A stretch of DNA of 63,981 bases, the filler included, from Hyphochytrium catenoides (taxonomy: Eukaryota > Protista > Hyphochytriomycota), in NCBI GenBank assembly GCA_900088475.1. It is 8 parts of 8 records of this genome, joined end to end, with 100 filler letters (N's around TTAATTAATTAA, not from the genome) between each part and the next. Parts side by side here need not be neighbours in the genome. Positions count along the whole stretch, not along the records: positions 6,352 to 11,596 come from FLMG01003522.1; positions 11,697 to 33,753 come from FLMG01004581.1; 6 more parts are not named here. One strand, 5' to 3'. The notes beneath the pieces were generated by a model. That model did not search any database and was not told where the DNA came from. It saw nothing but the letters and a program-made list of their open reading frames with translations. This document shows positions 10,151 to 23,400 of this stretch, piece after piece; position 1 is the stretch's first letter, and every line of letters starts with the position of its first letter. Position numbers and translations under genes: made by a program.

Positions 10151-11596
10151 TCAGAGCTGGACAGGACATAGCGGTACCTTCCAGGTCGAGGGCTGATGAG
10201 TGACATCGATCGTTCTCGTGGAGCGTAGCATGATGCAAGTCTCGGAAGCTCTTTTCAAGCGTGTGAACTTGTTCCAGAACCTCCTGCGACGTATGATATT
10301 GAGGGACGATTTGCTGAGCAGTAAAGAGGATTCTCCAAATATTGGCAAGACGGCTCTTACCTTCGGAGAGGCTAAGAAAGAACTGTCTTCCTCCATGTTG
10401 CCATGTGCTTCCTGACCGTTTTCTGGTGATCCTTGTGGACCTGACACTCGAACATTTCTTTCGGGCGATGCCGAGGTGTTTTCCATAGCTTTTTCTGCAT
10501 CATGCCTCAGTTGGGTCTGGCTTTTGCTGTCTGGACCTTTCAGCTTCTTGCTGACAACAGAATTCTGCTTATAATAGTAAGCTGTCAGACGTATCGTCTA
10601 GCCGTAGGGGAGGTGCAGCACCTCGATGCGTTCTCCATGTCCCTTATCACCGGGCTTTGTGAGGCTAGACTGCTGGGGTTGACTTTCAGCTTTAGGCAAT
10701 GCCCTAGTGCGGTCTTTGCCTCTATGATTTCCCTCGTTTGGAGTAACGCCGCAGGTGGACATCCTATGAGTGCGATTTTAGAGGGATGCCCTTTCATTTA
10801 AGTTAGCCTGTCGTTATCCTCTCCGTTTTACTCACCTCAAACAGCCCGCTCTATTAAAGGCCATTGTTCTCTTATGATGCAATGGTGGTTTCCCTAATCA
10901 CGCCCCCAGAAATCATTATCGATGGTATGAAAGAGATGAACAAGGGACGAGTACCGAAAGGTATTGTCTTCTGCTCCTTGTTTCCTCCCACTTTCGCTAA
11001 TGTACCGTCTTCCTCAAACACTTGTCTGTTTGAAGGCTCGGAGACTGGAACAGGGCGCCTCTCTGTGGGCCACTTGCGGTATAGATGTTTGGAAGTACTA
11101 CTTGTAGTGGATACTATCATAACTTTGCGCGGCGAATGGTCTTGAGCCCGCCATCGTGCTTCTTGACCTGCAACAAGCAGTAAGAGGGAAGAGGTTGCTC
11201 GGATTGGGGGAAGCAGAGATAATCTAAGGGCACATCACCATTAGAACTGTGAAGCGAACTCGACATTAGTGCTTGCGCTATTTGAACATCTCCTTCAGAT
11301 TCTAGATTGGCGAAAGCGATCATGAAGTCAGGGTTGTTTGACGAGCGGGCGGACTTACTCAGGTGCGATGACCTACTGAATTTCAACGGTTCGCAAACAC
11401 TAGATTGAACGCCAAGGTCCAAAGGAAGTGTTGGATCCTGTCTCAAACCGCTCTTTTCAGAAAGCTGTTCATGCTCTCCACAGCCACTTTCTGTCTGGAG
11501 AGGGACGCAATCTGAGGACCCGAAAGACTCCTGGCTCTCAAGAAACTTAGATCCATTGGCCAAGCCCAAAGAAGTCAATGGGTTCCTTGGTGGAAC
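10151..11596 (-). CDS. 3' part of a multi-exon hypothetical protein, truncated by a gap
   Basis: Successive minus-strand open frames are bounded by plausible GT/AG sites, e.g. CCC G|gtgata ... ctgacag|CT TAC TAT leading into MENTSASPER...PVQL*. The middle exon phases are unresolved and no domain is recognisable. Confidence 0.4.
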
Positions 11597-13052
11597 NNNN
11601 NNNNNNNNNNNNNNNNNNNNNNNNNNNNNNNNNNNNNNNNTTAATTAATTAANNNNNNNNNNNNNNNNNNNNNNNNNNNNNNNNNNNNNNNNNNNNAGGC
11701 CTAACTTAATGTTAAGACGATCTGGTAGACCCTGGTGGCTACCGCCGCCAATAAGGTTAGCCGCTGCTACAACCTGCTGCCGAAACCCCTTCCCATCAGT
11801 CGCTGCCATAGACCGCTGCCGTTACCGGTTGCCATAAACGCCGCCATAAATTACTCCCATAAAATACTCCCATACCCTACAGTCATCATAACCCTAACCC
11901 GCTGTCCTGACCCACTGCCCTAATCCACTTCTCTAACCCGCTGCCATAACTCTAACCAGCTTCCCTTTCTTATCCAATACATTACTCGCTGCTCTGTTTT
12001 TATCCGCTGCTTTATTCCGACCCACTGTTTTCCTTACCCTCCCTATTCTGCTCGCAATCGCTAACCCTAAGCCCCTCCGTTTCCCGGTGCTCTTTCCCTT
12101 TTCGCTGCTCTTTTTTAACCCGAGCCCTTTCCCTACCCCGCAGCCCTTTTCTACCCGTTCCTGTACCGGTTCATAATTCCGCTGGCTAACCCGCTCACCT
12201 ACCTGCCAAACCCGCTCCAACTCGTATCCTCTCTAACTCGCTTGCTAACCAACTCCCTACCCCGCTGCTTTCTTTAACGCGCTGCTTTTTCCCTTCCCGA
12301 TTCCCTTCCTCTTACCCGCTGCCCTACTTCTAAGTAGCTGCCCTGTGCTTAACTCCCCCCTCTTTTCAGTCTTCACCCTGCCTGCCTGCCTGCCTTCAAG
12401 TTTTTCCAGCTAATAGATTCACTGCTTTATCCAGTTCTTTTCCGAGTTCTCAGCGTCTCCTTCCTTGACCCCGCCTGTCNNNNNNNCCCACACACAAATT
12501 CTCATCCTCTTCTTCTTGCTCTCTTTCTCATTCTGTTCTCCGGTCCTCCTCTTCCTGCTTTTTCTTCTTCCTCAAACGCCTGCCTGCTTCTTGTCTTTGC
12601 TTGCTCTCTCCTCCTTTCCGGTCATCCCTCCGTCGAAGTTAATCACCCTGCCTTTTTCTTTATTCATGTTATCTATATAGAGCTTCTCGTTAGTACACCG
12701 TCTGGGCCGTTGCTTTTCTTCTACTTCTCAAGATCTCTGCTTTTCCTGCAAAACCCTCTCTCATATATTATATCAGACTGAACAAACAGTGACACGTTCC
12801 TTTGCCATAACATGCCTTCCTGACGGCTCGCCCGTTTATTATTCTCTCTTATTTTCAGAAGCTCTTACTTCGAATTCCCATTCCATCTCGCATCTGCCTT
12901 TCTCCTTCTTGCCCTCTTCAATTATCTCTTAGCCAAGTTTAAATCGCGGTCCTCTTCTTGCTCTTCTCTCTCTGAGGTAGCGCTTTTAAAGGCTCTTTCT
13001 TACTTGCTCTTTCTTGACCCTCTACACTACTGTCTCACTTCTAGCTAACTCT

Positions 13053-13076
13053 TAACCCTAACCCTAACCCTAACCC
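13053..13076 (-). repeat. Interstitial telomere-like repeat (TAACCC)4, i.e. TTAGGG-type on the minus strand
   Basis: taaccctaaccctaaccctaaccc is read directly; single TAACCC units are scattered through 11.9-13.2 kb. Confidence 0.8.
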
Positions 13077-14145
13077 TTATATCATTGGAAAATTTCCCCT
13101 AATTAACTCTTCCTCTGACCCTCCCTCAAAATGTCTCTAACCCCAGATTTTTCTTTCTGCCCGCTTTTTCGTGTGTCTTCGTAGCTTAGTGGCTAACATC
13201 GGTACTTCCTATTTTCTCGCTTTTTCCTGGCAACCCTCTCAGCCCCCACCTATAGAGTGCGTTATTGATACCCATTCGCCCCACCGCCGCTCGCAACCGT
13301 TGCTCCTCCTCTATTCGGTCGCTTCCTTCCATCAGTCTCATTCTCTGTCTTTCCTTTCCCCTCTCTCTGTGTCGATCGACATATATGCTACTAAGTGTAT
13401 ATAAAGCAGCGTTTTCTTCTTCAATATCTGCGGGTGTCCATCTTTCTCTGATCGTTTCCCACGTCCCCTTTTCTATCTTCCACCTTCCTCATTATATCTC
13501 TGTCATTGTTCCTCCTTCCTAGACTTACTCTCTATCTTCTTAGTATAATATACATTTCAACACCAAGTCTTCAGCGTACTGCCTCTTCGCCCTCGCTACG
13601 TCTGCCATCATGTGTCCGATAATGAGGTGTACTATCACCTTATTGTTTATCCTTCTTCTTCTGCTTTCTCTTCATCGATAGCACTCTTTCTCTCTCTCAT
13701 GTCTCGTGTATAGGATCAATAACCAGGCAACATTCCTCAGTACCATTGTAAAGCTAAATTTGTCTCTCTCTTGGTCTCTTCGTTTATTCATTGTCGACAG
13801 TCATGGTCTTCTTCTAATTATCGGTAGTCTGATGATTTAAGTGAGGCGTAGGGCAGAACTCTGTGCCACGAGAGACCCAGAGAGAACAGAACGGAACCAA
13901 GAATGGGATGAAGCGCTGCTACTACCTGTAGGAGCACTTCGCAAGCAGAAGGGCAGACGGGGAACAGCAGGACACTGGCGAACACAAGGCCACACGCTTC
14001 TTCTGCTACATGCAACGCTTAACCCTAATTCCATCAGACCCGTTTTCTCTCCCTTTTTCTCCTTCTTTAGGCTTGACCCCATCCTCTTCAGGAGGAATTA
14101 ACAAATAGAAGACGGCTTGGATTGAGAAACAAAGTAGGGTAATAC

Positions 14146-14420
14146 AACTCGGTGGGGCAAATGTAAAGTAAGTGGGAGTTCAAGAACGAGCAGGAGCCGC
14201 GAAATCTGTCCGATGGGACTCTAGAAAAGTAAGGCGTCGAAGAAAGAGCCACAGAAAGCTGTGAAAAGCAATAGCACGGGATGAAACACAGCAAGAGCAG
14301 AGATATGTATGGTCTATCAAGGATCTCCGTAACAGCTCCCCGTTCCCTCCCAGTTGGCCACCGTTGTCTGATGTCCTGAACATTGATCTAGACTACTACT
14401 TGGTCCGCCGAAAGAAGATG
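14146..14420 (+). pseudogene. Possible heavily decayed Ty1/Copia pol relic
   Basis: SKWEFKN...DGTLEK*(KA) resembles the Copia RT motif KWVFK..DG..EKYKAR. NIDLDYYLVRRK resembles the RNase H motif HIDI.YHFVRE. The spacing implies a large deletion. Confidence 0.3.
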
Positions 14421-17104
14421 CTCGGTCAATTGCTTTTTGAGCAGAACCATCGCATCGTGTGAACTACTTTCTATCTCACGATGCGGCTGGAGAGCTTAAG
14501 AGGAGAGACTGAAAATCGAAGCAAATAGACCTCATTAAGGTAGTAAGGTGAGGGAAAAAAGGAATGAGGAGGAGCCCGCTCTGTCAAGAAAGGGAGTGCC
14601 TAAATGATCCTGCTGCAAGCAGATATGAGGGAGGCCGGCAACAACTGTTCTCTCAAAGGAGAAGCTGTCCAGGCAAAGGGATGGCGGGTTGAGACGCAAA
14701 GAAAAGAGAAGTCGAAATCGGGAGGGTCTAGCTTTTCTTCTCAACAGGAGAAGATAACGTCTTCCCCATATTCCATCTCTTCATGACGCACTTCTTGCTC
14801 TTCCAACACTCCCACTGAAGAGACACAGAGAAGTGCATCTCCCTCTCTTTGTCCTTGTCTCTAATTCCGATTCTGTCGCTCCTTTGCTAATCTTTGATGT
14901 CCTTTTTCCTCCTCCTCCTTGTCTCGCTTGATAAATGACAGGCAGTGCGGAAGCGGTGATAGCCGTTGGCCGCAGACATCGCAAACCCAAAGAACACAAT
15001 ACAGGGAGAGAGAGAGAGTGATGTAGGAATCTCTCTTTCCCTCTCTCTCTCTCTCTCTATCCCTCTCTCTCTCCTATTCCTTCTCTCGTCTTCTCTCTCT
15101 CTCTCTAAAGCGGTTTAGTATCAGGTAGTGAACTTCAGAAAGTACAAGCTGGCCCCATTGCCCCAGCTGCAGCTGACATTAATGACACGTACTCTCTCTC
15201 TCTCACACTCTCTCTCATACTCTCTCTCTCATTGCCCCTCCCTCTCTGTTACTCGTATTAAATAAGAGATACCCCACCACCCTTTCAACAACCCTTCATT
15301 CTCTCGTCATTCATCTTCGTCCCATTCTATTGACGCTTGTCACGGACGTTTCTTCTTTTTTTTTTCCGAAGGGACGGACGACCCAGACATAGAGAGGAAG
15401 AGAGAGAATGCAACAGTATACGAAGAAAGGGAAGACATAAAGGCCGATGTGTCTCGTACCAAGAAGCAAGGCGCATACATGCTTCTTCATGCGTCAGCGT
15501 CGTCCGCTTCTGCTGTCATTACTTCTTCCTCTCGTTTCTTTCCCTGGCGGAAAGATAAAAGTGGGGAATAGAGGAACGGGGGAAGAGAAGAGGCTGACAA
15601 GGAGGAAGAGAGAGAGGAGGAAGAGATTGAGATGAAGGTGAAGAAAGAGATAGATATAGTGAGAAGAGAAGCACGGATAGTTATACGGGAGACGACAGTG
15701 TGAGGACATATACTAATAAGAAAAGAAAGACTTGTTGTTTCAGCAACATCCTCTGTTCTACGGCGAGTACATAGCACAGGAAGTGAGAGGTGCTCACTCA
15801 TCACCTTTCCACTCTTTCGCCCACTGCCACTTCTCGCGTTGCTTCTCTTTTCCTCCGCCTTTCTCTTCCCCCGGTCGTCAACCTAAGAAAAACAGAGATT
15901 GATGATAATGCTAAAGTTAGTTAGGAGGGATAATGAGCGGGATGGGGAGACCAATGCTCTGATACCTTACTTCCCCATTTTAGTTCCCTTGACTTCTGGT
16001 GGGGGGAGGGGAAAAGGAATGAAAACGCTTCTTCTCTTTCTTTCTCTTGCCCGGTCCCTTCTTCCTTTCTCTCTCTCCTTCTCCTCATCCGCCGGTTCTC
16101 TATATGTTCGCTCATCTCCTATCAGCCTCCTCTTTAATTGATGCATTTATGTTACGGTTCTGCAGGCGACGAGTGAAAATAAGATAACCTTTTCAACGCC
16201 ATCTTGATCGCTCTTTCCTGACTTTGAAAAGTAGGGCGAAGCGATAACAAGGAGCCGTTAGTCTGGGACTGTGCCACGAATCGATTAGCAGGCACGGGAC
16301 TAAGTAAGGCTATTATCCAGTTGAGGCGATGCCAGAAAAGACAGAAAGCTCTTCTTCTGCAGAGTTATAGACTGAAGTGGTGGACGAAGCATTCAAGTCT
16401 AACATACTAAATAACATAGAAGCCTTTGTCTCAAGGACAACAATCTGCTAAAGAGAGTTAGAACCAGGGGACGGGGACGACGCCCCAACCCAGGAAGAAG
16501 GAGAATTCTCTTTTCTCTATCCAATTCTCCTTCACATTTCTTCTTCTGTCTTATGGCATAGGAATCACGGTCTTCTGAAGTAGTCTCATGCTTTCCATCT
16601 GCTCCACCACCTTTCTCACCCACCTCATCAGATAAGACATTGTAGGCTGTGCTGAGCAGGAGCTTCTCTATTATTTCGGTCGTTTGGGGTGATGAACTTC
16701 CAAAGTCAATAAACGTGGCCTAAGAAGGGAATTTTATAATTATTGCTCTTGACGGCGAGACTTCCTCTAACCACCTGCTTCTCTTGCTCGTCTAAAGTGA
16801 GGCCTTGCAGAGCCAAGATTAAGGAGAATGAAGGCAAGCCTGCTATTCTTGTAGCACCGTGATCATTGTGTTCAGTCGTCAGCTCTTTGTCTTACTACTA
16901 CCTACATCTCTCTTGGTTCAAGACTTACAAGGAGCTTGTTTCTAGATAAAGGAACTGCTCAACGTGATGCGATAGATGAGATGCAGCGGTGGAAGTTAGT
17001 AAAGCAAATCAGGAGCCATTACTCGGGCCGCGGTTTCAGGCCATGGTGATGAATCTTCGTCATTAGGGTTAATTGTTGCGGCGCTCTCGTCCCGTCTAAG
17101 GACA

Positions 17105-19397
17105 CTAATAGCTTAGGACGTTTAAGATGCTACCGACAGTCAACAATCCTAAGGCAGCAGCCACAATGAATAGGTTCCGCCGGCCCTCTACCTCCTTGAA
17201 AAATAGAACGGACCACATCTGTGCTACTCCTACTGGGCCTACAGCTGAGATTGGATAGGCTTTCTCGAAGCCAATGACACCAATCGCGATGTCCAGCAGG
17301 ATCAAGGCGCATCCCCATATTATGCCAGAAACATAGGCTGGTCTTAGCGCGCCCCTCTTCATCTTGGTTTTCCTGTAGCGATGGAAAGATGAATAGCTGA
17401 GGAAGGCAACGGTGCTCGCCAAGTAGATGCCCAAAGTTTGCGAGAAGATGAAGTCTTTTGCCCTGCACTGGACCAGCACACCCGCCTCCTGCTTCTTGCA
17501 GCCTTCAATCCAAAGAAGGAACGGGGTGAGAGAATTGGCGAAAATAAAGCCGCAGAAAATGGCCAAGCCAACCCCCATGGCCCGTGCTTGGAAGGACGAT
17601 CTGGCGGTCGTCTCTCCAAAAGGATTCGCCAAGCTGTTGAGCTCAAACGGTCCTAGCGCCGACAAAAAGAAGAGTTTAGACAACGCGTAAACTAACAGGA
17701 AGTCGTTGCTTAAAACATGCACTGACAAGCACCCTTCCAGCCGGTAAGTGCCTCGCTGATGAAACAAGAAGAAAAAAAGCAGGGCTATAGGAGTTTCGGT
17801 TGTTACACGCTAGCAGAGATGCAAGTCTCACCGAAGTTTGGCAATTCCGAGAGAATGAGTGACCGACGGATCTCCACTGTTGGTCTGGACGTGGACGATG
17901 CGGGTGGTGAACCTCCGAGGATAGGCATCAGCGCCTCATCCTTCGCTCCAGTCTAGATGGATACGTAATGGTCAGTGAGCACACGTGCGAGACAGCGAAT
18001 ATTGAGGAGCCAGAGGTACTCACGCGCTCAGCAAAAGTTGACGGAGAGGTTTCTGTGGGCCGGACCAAGCTAAAAAGCAGTGTGGAGAAGAGCATCATGC
18101 CAAAGCCCATAATGTTTAACATATCACTTTCCGGCTTCTGCTCTTTGACGCCGAACCAACCTGGCAACAACCAGATCATGCAGATTGGTCCCATTTTAGA
18201 GGTAGTAATGAACAAGTGACCAGGCGTGAGAGCTTGTTATGCTTACCTTCTCGGACAACAAGATAAGCGACAAGGAGGTTAGTAGAATTCCAAAAGGCAA
18301 ATCCTAGGCCCAGACCAATCAGGTTGACCACTGTGGGAATAAACATGTTGGCCACAGCCCACATTGCTCCTCCCACCATTCCCTTTGCGAAGACATATAG
18401 ACCTATCACGTATTGGCCAGGTCAGCTAGATTGTATTAACAACTGTGTTCAGATGGATAGAAGTAGTACATTCATGGTGTCAATGCCTGGGAGGTAGAAA
18501 ATTTTTCAGCACAACGTCCCAAAGATAATCTTGATGACAAGTAGGACTTTTAGCTCTACGACGAAGCTTGCGCCCAGGCTCAAGCGTCAAAAGCGGCAGA
18601 AAAGTGACAGGGGGAAAAGCAGAGCGACAACCGTAGTCGTTTATACCTGCTTTTTCAAAGTTGTCCCAGTTGTGATTGTAGATGCCCCACACTAAGCCGG
18701 TGAAGAAGATGCCAGAACACTGTGGAGCGAGATGGTGGTAGAGACGATGAGACAGGACAATGTAGGCACAAAGAGCTAGAGTACACGCAAACTGTATAGT
18801 CAAGCTAGTCAAAACAGTGAAAGCTACTTCTTCTTACCATGAACCACTGGAAAATGATCCCGTCTATGGGCGGATAGATGCAGGAGAATTGCAAAAAAAG
18901 AGTTAATAGCCGGGATGGGACCAGAGAGAGGGCCACGGCCCAAGCTCGTACCATAAGTAGGGTGCTGTTTCGTAGGAACTGTACACAGTTAAAATGCCAG
19001 GACCCGGATGCAAGGCCAAGGAAGAAAGGCCGACAAAGTATAGCGAGAGGGTCCGGTCAAGGTTAGCTTAACGTTGAGTTGTGACTTATTTCATAGCAGC
19101 TCACCGTAAGTGGAACCAAAGAGCGCTGTGGACAGGAGAATGGCGGCATAGCCAATGCTGGCCTGTTGAGAAGGTGAACAGAGCTACCTTAGTGGTAGTA
19201 ATAGATCATCGTTTGCTTGAGAGGCGACTTAGATTAAGGGAAACCTGTTTTAACGGTTCGCAAGGCGTGATGAAAGCGATAAGAAGTACCAGTATATAGG
19301 ACCAAGTAAAAGACTCCCAAGGATAGTAGGCACGGCAACCAGTGCCCATTCCCTTCGCACCAAAGTGTTGACTTACATCATAGGTGGAATACGCCAT
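17105..19397 (-). CDS. TMEM144-family (DMT superfamily) multi-pass membrane transporter, ~7-8 exons
   Basis: Spliced exons read ASIGYAAILLSTALFGSTY|VPTKQHPTY|DGIIFQWFM|CSGIFFTG..., GMVGGAMWAVANMFIPTVVNLIGLGLGFAFWNSTNLL, GWFGVK, PAYVSGIIW, YPISAVGPVGVAQMWSVLFFKEVEGRRN. These match TMEM144 hallmarks and the sites are GT-AG. Confidence 0.85.
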
Positions 19398-20493
19398 GGT
19401 CTCGGAAGAGCGAGCACAGAGTCCTCGCTGGCTACCTGGAAGACTGCTTATAGCGGCACCAGCCCGTGCGATGACCTTCGGGTTCGACCTCTGACAACAA
19501 CCTGCCCACCTTTGACGGTAAGAGTTGCGGCTTGGAAGAGAATGGACAAGCGCCAGAAGTGTGAAAGACTGAATGAGAGAGCAAGAGCAATGAGATGATG
19601 ATGAACCGACAATGATGAGTGCAGTGTGAGCTGCTGGCCCGCTGGCGCTTGGAAAAGGGGCAAGGAAAGGCAAAAGAATCCAGAAAAATCTTAATCATGT
19701 CGGCGTGTCGGCGTGCCGTTCATGAGGAATAATATCAACATGATTCGATAGCCTTGTGGTAGTAAAGAAAGTTTATTCGGAATCTAAGCCACTGATCAGC
19801 TCCAATGTGTCGCTTCATCCCTTACAACTTCAAGTTAAACGTCTTCAAACGCCCATCAGTCCAGTGACTTCCCGCAGACGCTGCCACCAGCGGCGATCAC
19901 GGCGGTAGCTAGCTCATCAGTCAGACTTCCCCCTTCTTCCCTATAATCTCGTTCCCTTCTCCTCCAACGGCACCTCATCATGCCCCGTGTCCAGTCTCTC
20001 CTCCAGCTTGCCCTAGAATACTACTACTCGTAGAGGGAGGAGGACACGGAGGCCATCCAGCTTGCTAATGATGGCAAAATCGTCGACGTGAAAAGATGAG
20101 AGGCGGCCCATGATGCATGAGAAGGTGAAGATTTTTTAGGAGCGGTAGGAAGGTTCGCGCTTCTTAGCACCTTAGTCTCTTCAGAGTAACATGTCAAGGT
20201 TTGCTTCACATACTCGCTCTTCTCCTCTTGTTTCGCGATAAAAAAATTTCTGCCTCGCCCGAGGCCCTTCACGCTAACAGAGACGGCCTACAGCTCTGTG
20301 CCATCTTGCTGTTCAAGAGCATCGCTATCTACCTCTTGAGTGATCCCGCTGGGCTAACGCGTTTCACCACAATGTGCCTCCTTTCTCTCCCCTTAACATC
20401 TATGGATTGGCTCGCCTGCTAGGTAGCCACTCAGATAATACTTCATAATAGTACCTAAGCTACATCATGATTTAGAGAAGGCTCTTTATATTA

Positions 20494-23400
20494 TCATGAC
20501 CGCTTCTTCTGCTTTGACTTCTTCGTGGTCGTCCACTTGCCTCCCCTGTCTCCCCCTTCCGTCCGGTTCCCTTCTCTCTCTGCATCGACTTTCTGTTCCG
20601 GCGGAACGCTTTCTTCGCCAAGGGCCTTCAAAATTAATGCGGTTCCCTTCTTTTCTTGATGGTTCTTGAGCTCTTTCAAGTGCGCCTGTAAGAGTTTCTG
20701 CAGCGACGACGTCCGGAGAGATGCAGGACCGTCAGTCCGCTTATAGATGGGGGTAAAGATCCAAAGAACCGTAGAGGTTACGGAGGGGAAGAGACTATGA
20801 AGGTTGCGGAAGCAGAACTAGACAACATGACAGGAAAGGAGCCTCAGAAGGAGAAAGAGCTTAACACATTTGCCAGATCTTCAAAACTATTCCTTACCTT
20901 TGCTTTCTCTTTGGTCTCTTCCTTCTCCAATAGAGCAACTACGACGAATGCCCCTCGGTTGTTGGCGGCCCATTTGGGAAGAGAATCCCCCAGCGTCTCT
21001 AAAAGAGATGAAGCAAACTCCGGCAAAGCCTGCACTAGGCGCTTCAAGGCGAAGTGGCCACTAGGATGCTCCATTACCTGCAGAGCATTGAAAGATTAGA
21101 TGCCCTTGCGTAGGAGGAGAGGTTTGCTAGAAGAGATCGAAACGGCAATGAGGCTATCCCAACAAGGGACATCAAAAAGAAGAGAGGATTGGCGGATTCG
21201 CACTGGGGCATGCAAGGAAGAGCACCCCGCGGAAAGCGGAACAGTTAGCAGGGCGTGTGGATGCAGAGGGTTAGGGTTATAGCAGCGTCCACGACTTCGT
21301 ATCGCGTACATTCACTTTGTTTCCTTCTGCGCCTCCTTCTTCATCTGTTTGGTCATCCCCTCTGGCATCATCTCCCTCTTGCTGAGCGACAAGCGACAAT
21401 ATTGCCTCAATAACCGCCTGGGTCTTCCATTGCTTGACAGTCTCGACCAGGACATCGCTGCCCGACCTATCGCAGAGAAGCTCTGCTGTCCTGGAGGCAC
21501 AAAGCTGCTCAAGTGGACCTTGGAGAGACTACAACCACGTGGAACAGGCAGCCAAGCAAATGAAGAGACGCGATAGTTAGAAGTCACTAAAATGGCCATC
21601 TGTATGTGAAGACGGTAAACAGAATGAGGGCCAGAGGAGGACTATTTCGTTTGCCACTCAACCTTTGCGGAAGCACGAAGGGCTAAACAGCTTCAGATCC
21701 TTCTCAACTTATCTTACTGTCTCCTTTAACCTTCTATTGCCCCCGTCTCCTCTAACCCTTCCACTGCGCCAAATTTATCTCACCTTAAGAAGCTCCATTC
21801 TCCGCACCTCTGGGTCCTTCTTGTACGTGAGAATCTCTTTAGTGGGGTCATCTGGGTCTGAGATGGTGGGCTTGTGCAGCACTGAAAGTTCGTCAGGATC
21901 TAAGTAGCGTCTGTTTAGTGGAGACAAGAGCTGCAGTAGCGCTTTTCTCCCATTGTAGTCTGTCGCCACCGAAAAGAGTTCGGGCACCTAAACCAATCAG
22001 GGTCAGATGACACACTCATGCCACTCACCCTTGCTATGTCGCCCTTCGCCTCTCCCCAATCTTTCACGCCGCCCAAACCTAAACTTAACCCTACTTCTGA
22101 GCCCCTAGGTAACTTCATCACCTAGATAGTCAAACTACGTTGAGCTTCTGCTTCCATCCTCCTGCCCTCAGGTAGCTTTTTTCACATCACACAGCTCGTC
22201 CTCTCCTCGCTCTTGTGCTGTTCCCTACCATTTCTGAGATTATGGATTTCTGTACATTCACTGTGTCATCTATTACGTCGAAAATTCGGAGCAGCAGTAG
22301 GTAGCCGCTGGGGTGATTGCACGCCTCTAGCACTTTTCCCTTCAGCGCCTTCAGAACTTTCTTACGATCCTTTGGGGAGCCTTAATGGTAGAAGAAAAGG
22401 GGTGGGGGTTAAGAGGAAGGCGAGGCCCAATTGCAAACAGAGAAGCGGACAACAAAACATCCAGACTGTTAGCTGAAGGTGGTGTCTTCGAAGAGCCGTA
22501 GCCATTACAAATGTTGCAAGGCTAAGGAAATGAGGAAGAGTGCCCGAAGTGACTAGCACTGAAGTTACGAGCTGAAGGTGTAACGAGCTCAAGTGGGCAA
22601 ATTCATATGATAATGCTCCAGTATGGGTCGTGCAAAGGTAAATCGCAAAAGAATGGTACTCATACCGTAAGCAACGGCATGGGCAGCGGCTTTGGCCCCT
22701 GGTCTGGTCGCCACCAGGGCTAGAGTTCCGTCTACATAGCTTGGCACCATGGCAGCGACTTCTACCGGAGTTGCTTGTGAGAGGTACTCCCATAGCAAAC
22801 TCTGGACGAAGGCAAGGTTCAGGAGCTCCTTTTCAATCATTCGATTAAGCTGATGGGGTGAGAAGGCGTGTTAAAAATCTATACAGCCGAGAAGAACTCT
22901 CAGAAGATCAGTGGCAGGAAAAAGAAGCAGAAAAGACTAGATCTATCATCCCAGAAGAGTTTATGGACAAAATGAAGGTTAGCATCTCTCTCGTAGGCGT
23001 TGGGTGCATTAGCGGTCTATTTGGAGACTTCTAGTCCACACTACTGTGTGGGTAGAGCGCTGACACTTGCTTTCCTTCTGTTTCTCTCTTACCACTCCGT
23101 GTACATGTTTCATTACTTCATCCCTCTTCTTGGGCTTTGCCTCCAGGATGGCTGCAAGACTCTTCTTACTGTCGTCTCGGAAGAGCGCGAACTCTCGACC
23201 ATAGAATTCCACTCGTAACCGAGCCATCTAATCGTCAGCGCATAAAACGAAAGGGTCATCACGCAGGTCGCAAATAGGTATCTCTGGAACAGCAGACTCA
23301 ACACTAGGTGGCAAGGCGACAATTAACCATATCAAGAAAACTACTCAGCGTCGCGGTATCAAAAGCCATAGAAGTCAGAAGAAAAGTGCTTGACAGTTGG

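Noticed and set aside
16624-16720. DnaJ-like fragment STAYNVLSDE followed by a donor site on the minus strand
   Set aside because: There is no in-frame HPD motif and no supporting neighbouring exons; it is too short to call.
22000-22125. C/D-box snoRNA in a PUM3 intron (GTGATGA...CTGA on minus)
   Set aside because: The CTGA coincides with the likely branch-point region, there is no recognisable rRNA guide, and the terminal stem is weak.
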